5,524 bases of DNA from Candidatus Iainarchaeum sp. (GTDB taxonomy: Archaea; Iainarchaeota; Iainarchaeia; Iainarchaeales; 0-14-0-20-30-16): positions 1 through 5,524 of the forward strand of contig CAIWXP010000023.1 in assembly GCA_903916665.1 (NCBI GenBank). Direction: 5' to 3'. Every line of letters starts with the position of its first letter. The stretch's first letter is position 1. Below, piece by piece: positions 5,301 to 5,524 of this stretch. The translations under genes and the position numbers were made by a program. The notes under the pieces are model-generated. The model was not told the origin of the DNA, did no database searches, and saw only the letters and a list, made by a program, of their open reading frames with translations.

Positions 5301-5524
5301 GTTATAGTTTAATTTTAGATGAAAATATTTTTTTAGATATTAATGAAGGAATTACAATTTCTATTCCTTGGGATTTTAATGCTGGCGAAACAATTTTGAA
5401 TATTGGTGTTGATTATAATGTTTTGGGTTTTAATGGTCCAGAACCAACTGGTTATGATTCAAATATATTAAATAATAATTATGATAAAGATTTTAATATA
5501 TTTCAAGCTTCAACTGAAACGCAC
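2237..5524 (+). CDS. Giant secreted modular surface/adhesin-like protein, 3'-partial (at least 1,096 aa; runs off the window)
   Basis: This ORF is not in the ORF track. I translated every codon from ATG 2237 (codon starts at positions congruent to 2 mod 3) to 5524 and found no stop. An in-frame TAA at 2204-2206 bounds the 5' end, and ATG 2237 is the only ATG after it. The product begins MVNKLVSIFILFFSLLFILSLTYGTAW, which is signal-peptide-like. It then shows recognisable propeller, CARDB and GLUG beta-helix sequence signatures. Composition is Asn/Gly/Ser/Ile-rich. Confidence 0.9.
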   Translation, partial: MVNKLVSIFILFFSLLFILSLTYGTAWPGSNATEIQQNLPGGYEPSGVIWHPYYNALFTVSDGGTLSKMDLNGDNVTNWSVPGDLEGVTIIDSKSKYVYIVVEYPYAIIQFDPSKGEIVKTISLTGVIPATVAPNQGIEGIAYVPNGYHPYANSLNGGLFYFGVQENGTIYVVDINFDSELATLDANFIPVSNPLRTDISDLFFSTDTNTLYVLYDSANKLREITTTNNLIKEYDVPGTEQEGITILSLCPNATTNIFIAEDTPAKLTKYNGYPETCKFVDLSVDGIYPNQNNLIKGDPLNLILYIVNNGTISTDQNFFVKYYIDNIEQTLCTLNISNSLSAGSGSIYGCGRLDISNLSFGDHNIMGLVDYQGPDENEDNNFLISQINIYYDFPGDSNGSSENPYQIRDLNDLDAIRYYLDANFILMNDINASDTINWNDNNGFEPIGYDWDNLFSGSFDGNNYAINNLYIYRSNESNVGLFGIIGSTGRISNLNLNDFNITGNNNTGALAGYSLGDINNSHFSGTVNGTNNIVGELVGYNRGNINYSSGNGIVNGTYNQTGGLVGFMNLGSIDNSYFIGNVNGDSELGGLVGELDGQDLNNSYSIVKVNGIGHNIGGLVGKNNGHINNSNSDSNVNGQYTIGGLIGLNESLGIIFNSHSNGFVIGSDGIGGLLGTNLGIVSNSYSSSDTNNSGNTNGGLIGSNYGLVSESYASGNVYSEGSSVGGLIGFSDVNNISNCYSIGNVIGDSGVGGLIGALSTGEIINSYSISDVNGSGNHVGGLVGECDDTIINSFWDINTSHQLDSNGGIGKTTEQMKDINTFTDANWNFDNIWKKNNIDNSGYPYLQWQSYEQYIDLNVVINDIPDVNVGHYVSFQCTVYNFGNITANLIEVATVIDGESSSSTFGSQENLLPGQSMNFDFGFSPSFKEDDANIGCVVKNYYTYNDYMDDNFNDRNSNNNFVYAIKSIGSDTNVDLAVTNIRLNKNTSGSNTIYVDVNNLGTEISSHDFRLNLSDSSRHYRGYSLILDENIFLDINEGITISIPWDFNAGETILNIGVDYNVLGFNGPEPTGYDSNILNNNYDKDFNIFQASTETH
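2357..3055 (+). other. YjiK / SdiA-regulated-like beta-propeller domain (aa ~41-273)
   Basis: Several blocks match my memory of E. coli YjiK and are collinear with it. EPSGVIWHPYYNALFTVSDGGTLSKMDLNGD resembles EISGLTW...TLFS...IVEM..NGD. DLEGVTII and EYPYAII resemble DLE.IEY and ERDYAIY. NQGIEGIAY resembles NCGFEGLAY. DTNTLYVLYDSANKLREIT resembles QKNTLLVLSHESRALQEVT. EQEGITI...NIFIAEDTP resembles QAEGVAMD..NIYIVSEPN. Confidence 0.6.
3077..3403 (+). other. CARDB-like Ig-fold domain 1 (aa ~281-389)
   Basis: The segment follows the CARDB pattern: DLSVDGIYP..NLIKGDPLNLILYIVNNGTISTDQNFFVKYYIDN......LSAGSGS......LSFGDHNIMGLVDYQGPDENEDNNF. That is DL-V, a single-strand N-x-G-T motif, f-V-x-yy-d, L-x-aG, G-x-H-x-i-x-x-vD and E-x-nE-x-NN. 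Confidence 0.7.
3419..4780 (+). other. Right-handed beta-helix module with GLUG-type turns, including N-terminal lead-in and C-terminal cap
   Basis: The lead-in reads GSSENPYQIRDLNDLDAIRYYLDANFILMNDINASD..W....FEPIG....FSGSFDGNNYAINNLYI......VGLFG. It is followed by repeated xGGL[VIL]G turns. The cap reads NSFWDINTSHQLDSNGGIGKTTEQMKD..TF.DANWNFDNIWK......GYPYLQW. I recognise this ordered set of motifs from bacterial and archaeal GLUG-motif surface proteins. Confidence 0.75.
3659..4621 (+). repeat. About 12 tandem in-frame coding repeats of about 81 nt (27 aa), the GGLVG/GLUG turns
   Basis: The G-G-L-x-G pentapeptide (variants VGLFG, GALAG, GELVG) starts at 3671, 3758, 3839, 3920, 4001, 4085, 4163, 4247, 4328, 4409, 4490 and 4574. 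The spacings are 87, 81, 81, 81, 84, 78, 84, 81, 81, 81 and 84 nt. The DNA core ggtggtttaNttgg recurs nearly identically in 9 units, and the units are otherwise diverged. Confidence 0.85.
4802..5140 (+). other. CARDB-like domain 2 (aa ~856-968)
   Basis: DLNVVINDIPDVNVGHYVSFQCTVYNFGNITANLIEVATVIDGE......LLPGQSMNFDF......ANIGCVV......DDNFNDRNSNNNF. The strand order and the terminal acidic/NN motif fit CARDB. It is more diverged than domain 1. Confidence 0.55.
5159..5500 (+). other. CARDB-like domain 3 (aa ~975-1088)
   Basis: DLAVTNIRLNKNTSGSNTIYVDVNNLGTEISSHDFRLNLSD......INEGITISIPWDFNAGETILNIGVDYN......YDSNILNNNY. It shows the DL-V-x-I start, V-x-V-x-N-x-G-T, the W-x-x-x-x-G-E middle, the i-x-V-D strand and the terminal E/D-x-N-x-x-NN-like motif. 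Confidence 0.55.

Noticed and set aside
2237-5524. Possibility that the long stop-free frame reflects an alternative genetic code or stop-codon reassignment
   Set aside because: My hand translation found no in-frame TAA, TAG or TGA codons at all in the frame. The three neighbouring genes terminate normally, at TAG+TAA, TGA and TAA. The standard code explains everything seen.
1-5524. Mobile element or defence-island signatures (transposase, integrase, terminal inverted repeats, toxin-antitoxin pairs)
   Set aside because: I recognised none in any frame. The flanking genes are housekeeping (fen, UPF0173 hydrolase), so the giant gene appears chromosomal and not part of an obvious mobile island within this window.

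Overview
This is a very AT-rich window that looks archaeal, because its flap endonuclease is the FEN1/XPG archaeal-eukaryal type rather than a bacterial Pol I 5' nuclease. I support four protein-coding genes. (1) 182-442 (+) encodes a small two-helix membrane protein of unknown function. (2) 459-1118 (-) encodes a UPF0173/YtkL-like metallo-beta-lactamase-fold hydrolase with an intact HxHxDH motif. (3) 1137-2180 (-) encodes FEN1. It sits 18 bp upstream of gene 2, and a strong Shine-Dalgarno in that spacer suggests one operon. (4) The dominant feature is absent from the supplied ORF track. It is an uninterrupted + strand reading frame from ATG 2237 to the last base, 5524. That is 1,096 codons with no stop, so it is 3'-truncated by the window edge. 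I translated it by hand. It encodes a secreted, Asn-rich, modular giant surface protein with this order of parts: signal peptide, YjiK/SdiA-regulated-like beta-propeller, CARDB domain, right-handed beta-helix of about 12 GLUG-type turns (81-nt period) with a conserved FWD...GKT...YPxLxW cap, then two more CARDB domains, continuing beyond the window. The track probably missed it because it has no stop codon in the window, and it shows a spurious antisense 85-aa ORF there instead. A 56-bp divergent intergenic region (2181-2236) separates fen from the giant gene and contains a perfect archaeal TTTATATA box. I saw no RNA genes, CRISPR arrays or mobile elements. The adhesin-like gene is the most interesting object in the window. 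It is a candidate cell-cell or cell-surface attachment factor, but that function is inference only.
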